DNA of 64,000 nucleotides from an uncultured virus (IMG/VR IMGVR_UViG_3300022178_000001) (Duplodnaviria; Heunggongvirae; Uroviricota; Caudoviricetes): IMG/VR virus record IMGVR_UViG_3300022178_000001; one strand, 5' to 3'. Shown piece by piece: positions 17,566 to 26,504 of this stretch (position 1 is its first letter; each line of letters starts with the position of its first letter). The notes under the pieces were generated by a model. It saw only the letters and a program-made list of their open reading frames with translations, ran no database searches and was not told where the DNA came from. The position numbers and the translations under genes were made by a program.

Positions 17566-18045
17566 ATGTCAAAATTAAGTATTGAAGAGCTAGTTTCCGG
17601 ACTGTTGGAAAGTGCGATGGTAGCCCAAAGCATTAGTCAAAAGCAACATATCAATTCATTAAAAAATTACTTTAATGATGACGGTACTCCCAAAGTAGTC
17701 TCATTCCAAGTTGATGGTAGGCACATAGATTTCCCTCTTTATATTCTAGCAGATCATGGGTCTGTTGGACTAGATAAGTTAGATATTGAATTCGAAGCTA
17801 GGTTATTATTTGGCCAAAGTGGGGATGAAGTATCTCAAGTAAAGAAAGATGTTATGGGTTTATTCAAAGAAAAGGGAGATTCTTATAAGCATAATATTAA
17901 ATCTATTACTGTAGACAGTTCAAAATCTGAAAATTCTGGTGTTGCAAAAATTAAAGTACGTTTTAAAGCAGACGAGAGGCCGGAAGCTGTATCCCGGCTT
18001 CTCGATTTATACATTAATAGTTTAGAAGATCCTACAAAAAGATAA
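17566..18045 (+). CDS. DUF2589 family protein (second, divergent paralog)
   Basis: IEELVSGL..S...AQ...YFNDDGTPK...FPL..L.....LDKLDIEFE...PEAVSRLLD. Confidence 0.75.
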   Translation: MSKLSIEELVSGLLESAMVAQSISQKQHINSLKNYFNDDGTPKVVSFQVDGRHIDFPLYILADHGSVGLDKLDIEFEARLLFGQSGDEVSQVKKDVMGLFKEKGDSYKHNIKSITVDSSKSENSGVAKIKVRFKADERPEAVSRLLDLYINSLEDPTKR

Positions 18046-18070
18046 AAATAACATTAAGGAGAGGAAAAAC

Positions 18071-18322
18071 ATGGAATTGAATAAGTTGAAACAATTAGTA
18101 ATTACTATGGAAGAATGTGGTGAATTAATTCGTGCCTGCTCCAAAGTGTTAAGACACGGGACTGAAGAGGACCCTAAGTATCTACAAAATCTTACTGAAG
18201 AAATAGCGGATGTTATCGCTATGACACGTATGCTTAGAACAGCTTACCATATAGATAGTAGTAACTTAGAAGATTTAGTTCAGAAAAGATTAACAAAAAT
18301 GAAACAGCAGGGATATAACTAA
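18071..18322 (+). CDS. MazG-like NTP pyrophosphohydrolase
   Basis: MEECGELIRACSK...NLTEEIADV EExxE/ExxD motifs. Confidence 0.8.
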   Translation: MELNKLKQLVITMEECGELIRACSKVLRHGTEEDPKYLQNLTEEIADVIAMTRMLRTAYHIDSSNLEDLVQKRLTKMKQQGYN

Positions 18323-18410
18323 TGTTTAGCTTAGTCGTACTATTTTGGATTCTCATTCTAGCATTATGTTCTGGGTCTGTATATTTAGATAGAAGAGACG
18401 AAGAAAATCT

Positions 18411-18439
18411 TTGACATTTTAGTCAAAATCTTATATAAT
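18411..18439 (+). promoter_or_regulatory. sigma70 promoter
   Basis: TTGACA-17-TATAAT. Confidence 0.88.
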
Positions 18440-18468
18440 AACATTTCAACTAGCGGGAGTATACCAAA

Positions 18469-19062
18469 ATTAATCTGTTTTATTTAGATGAAGACCTCGA
18501 TCTTTGTGCCCAGTATCATGTGGATAAACACGTAAATAAAATGATATTAGAAGCTGCACAGCTTATATGCACAAATCTATGGATAGACCATTTATTTGGT
18601 TTCGTGCCCCGACCTATAACAAAAGAAGAAAACACAGTGCTGCAGACTACTCGCAAAGAGCAGAAAGAACTTCCTATGGAAGCACGTGTGTTCCCTTATC
18701 TTCCTACAATGCAAAACCACCCCTCAGCTGTATGGGTGCGTTCTTCTTTAGAAAATTTTTGTTGGACACATAACTATGCAAATGCACTAGGAAGCGAAGC
18801 CCATTATAGGTATGGCAGCAATCATAAGAGCTTAGAGATGATTAATAATCTTCCAGAGCCAAAAAATATGGAAGACCAGGGCTTTACTCAATTCGCCCTT
18901 GCAATGACAGAAGAATTGAAAGATTACGATAATCCTATAGATTCTTATAGAATGTTCTATATGCTAGACAAAGGTACTATGGCTGAGTGGAAATATAGAG
19001 ACAAGCCCCATTGGTGGGACGAAGAATTATGTGATTATGAAACTAGAATTAGTAGGAGATAA
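18469..19062 (+). CDS. Pyrimidine-dimer DNA glycosylase / DenV-family protein (probable ATT start)
   Basis: (M)NLFYLD....CAQYHVDKHVNKMILEAAQL; NHPSAVWVR; YRYG..HKS; FALAM; YR.FY. Confidence 0.8.
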   Translation: MNLFYLDEDLDLCAQYHVDKHVNKMILEAAQLICTNLWIDHLFGFVPRPITKEENTVLQTTRKEQKELPMEARVFPYLPTMQNHPSAVWVRSSLENFCWTHNYANALGSEAHYRYGSNHKSLEMINNLPEPKNMEDQGFTQFALAMTEELKDYDNPIDSYRMFYMLDKGTMAEWKYRDKPHWWDEELCDYETRISRR

Positions 19063-19065
19063 ATA

Positions 19066-19743
19066 GTGACAAAAGTAAATCTAGTAGGAATGACAACACC
19101 AAGTGCAAGTACAGGCTGCCATTCAGCAGCAGAGTTAATTGCTTACACTGCTAGGGTTAGTAACCCTAATAATCAAAATAATGCCAAAACAGCTAGCAAG
19201 CTTTTAGGGTATTTGATTAGAGAAGGCCACTGGTCTCCTTTTGAGATGGTAAGTGTAACTATGGAGATAGAGACGACTAGAGATATTGCAAGGCAGATTC
19301 TGCGTCATAGGTCGTTCTCTTTTCAAGAGTTTAGCCAAAGATACGCAGATCCTACCAAAGATCTAGACTTTAGCACTAGAGCTGCAAGGCTACAAGATAT
19401 AAAAAACAGGCAAAATAGCATACCCTCAGACAATGATGGACTAGAGGTTGCATGGCATCAGATACAACGAGAGGTAATCAGAGCGTCTAGTGAGGCATAT
19501 AAGTGGGCTATTGATAAAGGTATTGCCAAAGAGCAGGCAAGAGCTGTATTACCAGAAGGAAATACTATAAGCCGCCTATATATGAGCGGAACTCTTCGTT
19601 CTTGGATTCACTATTGTGAATTGAGACGTTCTCACGGTACCCAAAAAGAGCATACGGATGTCGCCAATATTGCCTGGGAGATATTAGGCGTACACTTTCC
19701 TGATATTATTAAAGCGGTGCAGGAGAATGAATACAATGTCTAA
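19066..19743 (+). CDS. thyX: Flavin-dependent thymidylate synthase
   Basis: ARVS, HWSPFE, RHRSFSFQEFSQRY ThyX motif, EQARAVLP. Confidence 0.96.
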   Translation: MTKVNLVGMTTPSASTGCHSAAELIAYTARVSNPNNQNNAKTASKLLGYLIREGHWSPFEMVSVTMEIETTRDIARQILRHRSFSFQEFSQRYADPTKDLDFSTRAARLQDIKNRQNSIPSDNDGLEVAWHQIQREVIRASSEAYKWAIDKGIAKEQARAVLPEGNTISRLYMSGTLRSWIHYCELRRSHGTQKEHTDVANIAWEILGVHFPDIIKAVQENEYNV

Positions 19744-19921
19744 TATAAAAAACAGAAGAACTAATGATTCTATTACTGGTTCATATGATAGACGGAAAAA
19801 GACCGAGTTTAGCTGGGAGACTACAGATCGCACATCCTCTATGCTCGACTTCTGCTATAAACTATGCACAACTACTATGGTTGTATCAATATTACTAATG
19901 GGATTATTTTTAATATTATGA
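19727..19921 (+). CDS. Small hypothetical membrane protein
   Basis: AGGAG RBS, C-terminal hydrophobic helix. Confidence 0.55.
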   Translation: MNTMSNIKNRRTNDSITGSYDRRKKTEFSWETTDRTSSMLDFCYKLCTTTMVVSILLMGLFLIL

Positions 19922-20211
19922 GCGATGGAAAAAAGTTTGACTCAGAAAAACCCAGAATGTACCTACTGCCTCCTAAAGCTACTATAGAAGTAGCAAATGT
20001 TTTGACTTTTGGAGCAAAAAAGTATGATGAACAAAACTGGAGAAAATTAGATAATCTACAAAATAGATATACTGGTGGTGCACTTCGGCACATATTTGCA
20101 CATATTGATGGAGAAACTCAAGACGAGGATTCTGGGCACAGTCACTTAGCCCATGCAATATGCTGTCTATTATTTAAATTGGAGATAGAATTAGAAAATG
20201 GGAAGAGTTAA
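19918..20211 (+). CDS. dATP/dGTP diphosphohydrolase domain protein (DUF5664)
   Basis: KFDSEKPR..LLP...V..VLTFGAKKY...NW...ALRH...DSG..HLAHAICCL.F. Confidence 0.88.
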   Translation: MSDGKKFDSEKPRMYLLPPKATIEVANVLTFGAKKYDEQNWRKLDNLQNRYTGGALRHIFAHIDGETQDEDSGHSHLAHAICCLLFKLEIELENGKS

Positions 20212-20911
20212 GAAAAAAGATTACGAGGATCTGACGGATACCAATATTCAGAAAGTTATAGGCTTAATGAACACGGAGACGGAGAAACCAATAACTAAAA
20301 AACAAGCGTGTGATATTCTAAATATAGCTTACAATACTACTAGGCTAGATAAAATTATATCAGAGTATCTAGACCATAAAGAGTATGTCCTAAGACGAAA
20401 AAGTGTTAATAAAGGTAAAAAAGCAACGGCTGGAGAAATTAATAGTGCTATTAGTGACTATTTAAGTGGAGATAGTATTTCTGTTATTGCTAAAAGTCTT
20501 TATAGGTCTCCTTCTTTTGTTAAGAATATTATAGAAAAGTCCGGAGTACCTCAACGTCCTAATAAGAGAGCTGAGCGATTACAGCCAATGTATCTGCCTG
20601 AGGAGTGTGTAGCCGACTCCTTTGTTAAAGGACAGATTGTTTGGTCCGCCAAATACTACAGCGCCGCTGAAGTACTAGATGAAATTTCTGTAGACTATCA
20701 AGCTGAGAAGCTAGGCTACAATGATACAGACTATGAAAAGAAGTATTCAAGTAAAAGCTACTCTATCTACGTAATGAAACCTATAGCTACTAGTGATGAA
20801 TTTTTAGTACAAGGACCAAGTATGGGCGGCTTCTATGCCTTTGCATTAGCCTGCGAATTAGGAAGTCTAGAACACCTTAAAGAACACGGAATTGACTTAT
20901 CACGTATCTAA
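20198..20911 (+). CDS. T5 D2-like protein
   Basis: TKKQACDILNIAYNTTRL motif, HTH, synteny before D3. Confidence 0.8.
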   Translation: MGRVKKKDYEDLTDTNIQKVIGLMNTETEKPITKKQACDILNIAYNTTRLDKIISEYLDHKEYVLRRKSVNKGKKATAGEINSAISDYLSGDSISVIAKSLYRSPSFVKNIIEKSGVPQRPNKRAERLQPMYLPEECVADSFVKGQIVWSAKYYSAAEVLDEISVDYQAEKLGYNDTDYEKKYSSKSYSIYVMKPIATSDEFLVQGPSMGGFYAFALACELGSLEHLKEHGIDLSRI

Positions 20912-20920
20912 AAAAATCTC

Positions 20921-20949
20921 TTGACATTTATATAAAATTCTTCTATAAT
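20921..20949 (+). promoter_or_regulatory. sigma70 promoter
   Basis: TTGACA-17-TATAAT. Confidence 0.88.
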
Positions 20950-21058
20950 ATATTTTTATGAAGAGAGGAAACCAGTGGGCGACCGATTTTATATGCAACA
21001 ATTAGAAACTCTGGGCACTTGTCCAGGATATTATGGAAAACCAAAAAGGAAAAGACCA

Positions 21059-21418
21059 ATGGCGTGGGATGACGACAAAAAAGCACAAGCAGTATCAATG
21101 TATGAAGAAGCTGCCCCTACCCCCGAAACCTCAGTAGAGATCGTAAAAGATATCGCTGATGAAATAGGAGAAACTGCAAATGGTGTAAGAATGATTCTTA
21201 CCAAAGCAGGAGTCTATATCAAGAAAACCCCAGCTACTGGAGCATCTAAAGCTCCGTCTAGCACTGGTGGCACACGAGTATCAAAAGCAGCAGCTATTGA
21301 AGCTCTTAGTCAAGCACTAATTGATGCAGGACAAGAAGTAGATGAAGATGTTGTTAGTAAATTAACAGGTAAAGCGGCACAATTCTTTACTGGAGTTGTA
21401 ACAGCCCTTAACACTTAA
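21059..21418 (+). CDS. T5 D3-like DNA-binding protein
   Basis: MAWDDDKKAQAV.MY...EIVKDIADE....NGVRMILTKAGVY; possible longer isoform from GTG 20975. Confidence 0.8.
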   Translation: MAWDDDKKAQAVSMYEEAAPTPETSVEIVKDIADEIGETANGVRMILTKAGVYIKKTPATGASKAPSSTGGTRVSKAAAIEALSQALIDAGQEVDEDVVSKLTGKAAQFFTGVVTALNT

Positions 21419-21525
21419 TAGTTTTTCTCCAAAGCAGCCCTGAAGCCCCCGTCAGAAATGGCGGGAGGTTTCCCTATATTCAGTACGGCAAAAGATTTTG
21501 CTAACCTGCTTTATAGGAGCAAACT

Positions 21526-21795
21526 GTGAAGAAAGAAGAACTGACGCACTTAATGGGTCTCTATGGTGATGCTGTTATCACCTATAGAAGTCAGAACTCG
21601 AATAAACTAAAGTATAATGTGTGTACTCTAGAGTTCAGTATTGATTATATCCAGAAAAAGAAAAATAGGGCTAAAGAAACTGATGATACATTATTAATGT
21701 TTTGTTGGGATACTGATTCTTTTCGGTTAATGAAACCGAAAAATATCACAAGTGTTGTTCCGTTAGCTTCGATTCTTAAAAACAATCGGAGTTAG
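21526..21795 (+). CDS. Conserved T5-like SH3/WYL-like protein
   Basis: YNVCT...FCWDTDSFR..K..ITSVVPL..IL; synteny. Confidence 0.75.
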   Translation: MKKEELTHLMGLYGDAVITYRSQNSNKLKYNVCTLEFSIDYIQKKKNRAKETDDTLLMFCWDTDSFRLMKPKNITSVVPLASILKNNRS

Positions 21796-21797
21796 AT

Positions 21798-22100
21798 ATG
21801 GAATTATTCGAAGAGCCTAGTATTTATGAAAGGATAATACACACTGATGAAATTAAAGGAGATCAAGTACGACTTACCGTTAATACTTTTCGTGGGGTTG
21901 AGTATATTAGCCTCCGAAAGTTTTATCTGGACTTCCATGAAGAATGGAAACCTACCAGAGACGGCGTTACAATGCCTATTGATTTCACAAACTCCCGAGA
22001 ATTATTTATTGGGCTTACCGAAATTTTGTCCCTTGCTGAGTCAAGAGATGTAATTGAGGAAAATTTTAAAGACCTACTTGTAGATCTTTACTCAAAATAA
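21798..22100 (+). CDS. PC4/PdbC-type ssDNA-binding transcriptional coactivator
   Basis: VNTFRGVEYISLRKFY.....WKPTRDGV. Confidence 0.85.
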   Translation: MELFEEPSIYERIIHTDEIKGDQVRLTVNTFRGVEYISLRKFYLDFHEEWKPTRDGVTMPIDFTNSRELFIGLTEILSLAESRDVIEENFKDLLVDLYSK

Positions 22101-22124
22101 TTCTTAGGAACTGGTAAATAGTTC

Positions 22125-22153
22125 TTGACTTTTATAACTTATGCCAGTATAAT
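22125..22153 (+). promoter_or_regulatory. sigma70 promoter
   Basis: TTGACT-17-TATAAT. Confidence 0.85.
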
Positions 22154-22182
22154 ATACATTCAAATTTAGGGAATACTATAGA

Positions 22183-23142
22183 TTGAAAACTTTTATTGAC
22201 AAAGCTTCTAAAGCATACTATGAGGGCAACCCCATTTTATCTGATGCTGAGTTTGACTCTTTAGCTGCTAAATACAACTATAATTCAGTAGGGCATTCTG
22301 TCACAGATGGTACGCCTCACTTATATAGAATGTATTCACTAGAAAAAGAGTCGCTAGAAGATATAACCTTTATTACTCGACTCGTAGAGTTAGAGACACT
22401 AGAGGGTAGAATCTGTACCCCTAAATTAGACGGCGCTGCAATATCTATTGTATATGTTAATGGCTACTTTGCGGTAGCTCTTACCAGAGGCGATGGTAAT
22501 CTTGGCAGAGATATTACTGATAAAATTAGTACTATCGTTCCTAGAACGATAACTCATCCAGGTACAGTGCAAATTACTGGGGAAGTTGTATGCCCAGAGT
22601 CTGTAAATAATTCTCGTAATGCGGCAGCGGGGTCTCTAAATCTCAAAAGCTTAGCAGAATTTCGTGCTCGTCCAGTAACTTTTGTTGCTTACGATGCACA
22701 GAGTACTGTTGGTTTTGCTGCGAACGAAGACAGCTATGCAGATATGTTAGATAAATTGGCTTTAGAAGGCTTCAACGTTATTACACGATTTGATGCATCA
22801 AACTATCCGACGGATGGGATGGTTTGCCGAGTATCTTCTAACAAGAAATATAACAACCTAGGTTTTACTAGTCATCATCCTCGGGGAGCTATTGCTCTCA
22901 AATCAAAGAAAGATGGTGTAGTAACTACTCTAGAAGATGTAGTATGGCAAGTAGGTAAATCAGGAGCAATAAGCCCTGTGGGTATATTGACCCCTGTACT
23001 TATCGGAGATGCGGAAGTATCCCGAGCCACTCTACATAATATAGAGTACATCAGAGACTTAGACTTAGAGATAGGTTGCAGTGTTGAGGTAATACGGAGT
23101 GGAGAAATCATACCCCGCATTTTACGACGAGTTGACACTTAG
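22183..23142 (+). CDS. ligA: NAD-dependent DNA ligase subunit A (adenylation + OB)
   Basis: YYEG.PILSDAEFD, KLDG, TRGDG, RATLHN, RSGEIIP. Confidence 0.95.
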   Translation: MKTFIDKASKAYYEGNPILSDAEFDSLAAKYNYNSVGHSVTDGTPHLYRMYSLEKESLEDITFITRLVELETLEGRICTPKLDGAAISIVYVNGYFAVALTRGDGNLGRDITDKISTIVPRTITHPGTVQITGEVVCPESVNNSRNAAAGSLNLKSLAEFRARPVTFVAYDAQSTVGFAANEDSYADMLDKLALEGFNVITRFDASNYPTDGMVCRVSSNKKYNNLGFTSHHPRGAIALKSKKDGVVTTLEDVVWQVGKSGAISPVGILTPVLIGDAEVSRATLHNIEYIRDLDLEIGCSVEVIRSGEIIPRILRRVDT

Positions 23143-23166
23143 AGGTCACCTGGCGAAAAATATACC

Positions 23167-23195
23167 TTGACAGACAACTAATTTTCTTATATAAT
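23167..23195 (+). promoter_or_regulatory. sigma70 promoter between ligase halves
   Basis: TTGACA-17-TATAAT. Confidence 0.85.
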
Positions 23196-23227
23196 TATTC
23201 TTTAAATTCTGGAGCTACATCATCATA

Positions 23228-23983
23228 ATGACAACTATACTTCCTCCTACAAATTGCCCTAGCTGCGATTCTGTCTTAGAGTGGGTAAACAATGTTATTT
23301 ATTGTAGAAACTACAATTGTAGCGCTAGAATAGAGAAAAAGGTAGAGCATTTTGCAAAGACTCTTAAAATTAAAGGTCTCGGCCCTGCTACTATTGCAAA
23401 GCTAGGCTTGTCTGAGTTATTTGAAATATATGATATGGATGAGACTCAGATTGCAGATGCCCTCTCTTCAGAGAAACTTGGTAGTAAACTTTTTATGGAA
23501 ATCGAAAATAGCAGAAATGCTCCGTTAGACTTAGTTCTACCTGCTTTCGGTATTCCATTGATTGGTAATACGGCAACTAAAAAGCTGTCCACAATTATAT
23601 ATTGCTTATTTGAATTAAATATTGAGACATGCAAAGCTGCTGGATTAGGCCCAAAAGCTACAGAATCTTTAATGAATTGGTATGGGACTTTTGATTCTGC
23701 TCCCTATCCTTTTGATTTTTGTTTTTCTAGTAACCAGCCTGTTTATGAGTACGAGTTTGGTAATAAGGGCATTGTATGTATAAGCGGAAAATTGAAGAGT
23801 TTCAAGACTAAAGCTGAAGCTACAGAAGCCTTGAACCATGCTGGCTATGAAGTAAAAAGTAGTCTTACCAAGCAAGTAACTATTCTATTAAATGAAAGTG
23901 AGATAGAATCGAGTAAAACAAAACAAGCCAGAGACTCTGGCATACAAATTTCAACAAACATTAATGAATTATTGGAGATATAA
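23228..23983 (+). CDS. ligB: NAD-dependent DNA ligase subunit B (Zn finger, HhH, BRCT)
   Basis: CPSC..C...C, IKGLG, GIPLIG, BRCT-like C-terminus; split as in T5. Confidence 0.92.
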   Translation: MTTILPPTNCPSCDSVLEWVNNVIYCRNYNCSARIEKKVEHFAKTLKIKGLGPATIAKLGLSELFEIYDMDETQIADALSSEKLGSKLFMEIENSRNAPLDLVLPAFGIPLIGNTATKKLSTIIYCLFELNIETCKAAGLGPKATESLMNWYGTFDSAPYPFDFCFSSNQPVYEYEFGNKGIVCISGKLKSFKTKAEATEALNHAGYEVKSSLTKQVTILLNESEIESSKTKQARDSGIQISTNINELLEI

Positions 23984-24714
23984 TGGCACTTCCTAAGTGG
24001 ACCGATGAGCGTACAGCTCAATTAACAGCTTTCGTAGGTGACGAAAGCCCTATTTCTCAAGCAACTGTTGCAGAAGCTGCAGGCACTCTTGAAACCACCC
24101 CTCGTTCAGTTTCTAGCAAGCTGCGTAAGATGGGCTTTGATGTAGAATTAGCTTCTGCAGCAGCAGGTAAGTCTTTTTCAGACGCTCAAGAAGCTACTTT
24201 GCGCGCTTTTGTTACTGACAACACTGGTGAATACAACTACGTTCAAATTGCAGAGCATTTTGAAAACGGGGCATTTTCTCCTAAATCAATCCAAGGCAAG
24301 ATTTTGTCAATGGAATTGACAGACCACGTTGCTCCTATGCCTAAAGTAGAGCCTGTACGAACGTACAGTGCAGATGAAGAAGCTACTTTCATCAGCATGG
24401 TTGAGAAGGGCGCTTTTGTAGAAGATATTGCTGCTTCTCTTGGTCGAGAAATCAACTCTATCCGTGGTAAAGCCCTTAGCTTGCTACGATCTGGCGATAT
24501 TGAAGCTATTCCTCGTCAGCAAAATACTAAAGGTGGAGCAGCAGCAGATCCTTTTGCTGGTCTCAGCAACGTTGCTGGCATGACGGTTGAAGAAATTGCT
24601 GATGCAATTGGTAAAACTCCTCGTGGAGTTAAAACTATGCTTACTCGTCGAGGCTTAACGGCTTCCGACTATGATGGCGAAGCACGGGCAGCAAAAGCTT
24701 CCGCAGCTAGCTAA
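23983..24714 (+). CDS. T5 D5-like DNA-binding transcription regulator
   Basis: KWTDERTAQL...; repeated HTH units; synteny. Confidence 0.85.
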   Translation: MALPKWTDERTAQLTAFVGDESPISQATVAEAAGTLETTPRSVSSKLRKMGFDVELASAAAGKSFSDAQEATLRAFVTDNTGEYNYVQIAEHFENGAFSPKSIQGKILSMELTDHVAPMPKVEPVRTYSADEEATFISMVEKGAFVEDIAASLGREINSIRGKALSLLRSGDIEAIPRQQNTKGGAAADPFAGLSNVAGMTVEEIADAIGKTPRGVKTMLTRRGLTASDYDGEARAAKASAAS

Positions 24715-24747
24715 TAAGTATTTACTAATATAACTTAGTATAAAATG

Positions 24748-24782
24748 ACCACTGCGGGGTTCGCTCCGCAGTGGTATCTTTA
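24748..24782 (+). terminator. Intrinsic terminator
   Basis: ACCACTGCGGG-GTTCGC-TCCGCAGTGGT stem followed by ATCTTT. Confidence 0.7.
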
Positions 24783-24801
24783 ATGTTCGGGGGAACGACA
24801 G

Positions 24802-26157
24802 TTGAATATAGCAAGTGCTTTAATTAAACAGACTATTGAAGGAGGAGATCTAGAAACTTGGTCATATATCAAGAAAGATTACCTTCCGTCTGAATATCAT
24901 AGAGTATTTGACTATATTGATAATTATTTCGATAACTATTCCCGATTACCTACTTTTGAAGACCTTACTCTGTCTTTGCGCCACGCTCAGACAAAAGAAA
25001 AAATTCTAGCAATACAATCTCTTGAGGTAGAAGCAGATGCTTTTACTCTTTTGCAGTACTTAAAGAATGAGTACACTCAAAAAGAGATATTTACTTCCCT
25101 AGACTCCTATATTGATAACACGGCTTTGTTTGCAGAAGCAGAAGAGTCTGTGGAAGCACTACATCAAATTGTTCTAGATATACAAGATAAGGTAGACTTA
25201 GAAGTACCTTCAGAATCTATGCAGAGAATATCTTTGTTTGACTCTGAAGACGATTTAGGAAAGTACCTGCCCCTCGGCCTCAATACAGAGTACGACCAAA
25301 GCATTTCGTTTTCCCCCCGAGACCTTGTGCTCGTTGGTGGTAGACGAGGGGCAGGGAAATCTATTGCATGTGCAAATGTTGCAGCAGCAGCATATCTTAC
25401 AGGCAAGTCCTCTATGTACTTTACTATCGAAATGGATAGTAGGCAAATTCTTCAGCGTATCTGTTCAATCGCAACGGGTGTGCCAACTAATAGAATTAAA
25501 AGTAAGAACCTTAGCATAACAGAATGGGATAAAGTAGCCTCCTGGTGGGCTGCAAGATTTACAATGGGACAAGAGCGCCTGGATGAGTACAGAGAGCATA
25601 GAGATTTTGATAAATTTCACCAAAAACTTAGCGTTGGAGAACTTACTCCAGAGCAGCAAGTAGATGTTATCTATGATCCCTCTCTTACTCTTGGAAAGAT
25701 ACGAGCTGAGTTAGATAAAAAAGTTTCTATTCTAAAGCCATCAGTTATTATTGTTGATTACATCAATCAGGTAAAGAGATCAAATATACCTAGTAGAAGT
25801 GGTGGACAGTATGACTGGACAGAGCAAATAGAGGTAAGTAAAGCTCTCAAGTCTATGGCACAAGAGTATGAAGTATGCGTATTTAGTCCATATCAGACAG
25901 ATGCTACAGGCGAGGCTCGCTTTGCTAAAGGTATTCTTGATGCTGCTGATGCTGCTTATTCTTTAGAAGCTTGGGATGAAGTCGATAATTGTATTAGTTT
26001 TAATTGTGTAAAAATGCGTTCAGCTCCTATGCACAGTTTTACTTCTACAATGAACTGGGATACTTTAAAAATAGGCCCAGATAGCTCTTTAACCCCTAAA
26101 GAGAGGGAAGGGTCTTCTCATAAGACTGGCGAAGAAATTGATGATAACATAGGGTAA
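24802..26157 (+). CDS. Replicative DnaB-like helicase (T5 D6-like)
   Basis: GGRRGAGKS, FTIEM, IVDYINQ. Confidence 0.92.
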   Translation: MNIASALIKQTIEGGDLETWSYIKKDYLPSEYHRVFDYIDNYFDNYSRLPTFEDLTLSLRHAQTKEKILAIQSLEVEADAFTLLQYLKNEYTQKEIFTSLDSYIDNTALFAEAEESVEALHQIVLDIQDKVDLEVPSESMQRISLFDSEDDLGKYLPLGLNTEYDQSISFSPRDLVLVGGRRGAGKSIACANVAAAAYLTGKSSMYFTIEMDSRQILQRICSIATGVPTNRIKSKNLSITEWDKVASWWAARFTMGQERLDEYREHRDFDKFHQKLSVGELTPEQQVDVIYDPSLTLGKIRAELDKKVSILKPSVIIVDYINQVKRSNIPSRSGGQYDWTEQIEVSKALKSMAQEYEVCVFSPYQTDATGEARFAKGILDAADAAYSLEAWDEVDNCISFNCVKMRSAPMHSFTSTMNWDTLKIGPDSSLTPKEREGSSHKTGEEIDDNIG

Positions 26158-26165
26158 AATATTTC

Positions 26166-26194
26166 TTGACTCTTTATCTATATTCTTGTATAAT
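26166..26194 (+). promoter_or_regulatory. sigma70 promoter
   Basis: TTGACT-17-TATAAT. Confidence 0.85.
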
Positions 26195-26219
26195 ATACTT
26201 TCAATTAATGAGGATTCTA

Positions 26220-26504
26220 ATGATAATTTCAGGTTCTATAAATCATACTTTCTCAGGAAGAAAGCGCTCTACTATATCAAAAGTTAAAAAAGTTACACCA
26301 GTATTTAAAGCTATGGATGCTCCTCTATTTAAAAATAATAGAGGAGACGAGCTAAAACAGTATCCTAGCGCTCCGATGACTCCATACAAAGCAGGCAAAG
26401 ATACATCTTATAAAACACAGCATAATTTTACCGTAGCACCTGCATATAACAAAGGTGCCTATATGGTAATTCCACGAAGTGAAGTAAAGGATATTGGACG
26501 ATGA
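26220..26504 (+). CDS. Conserved hypothetical phage protein
   Basis: GAGG RBS; C-terminal VAPAYNKGAY motif. Confidence 0.75.
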   Translation: MIISGSINHTFSGRKRSTISKVKKVTPVFKAMDAPLFKNNRGDELKQYPSAPMTPYKAGKDTSYKTQHNFTVAPAYNKGAYMVIPRSEVKDIGR

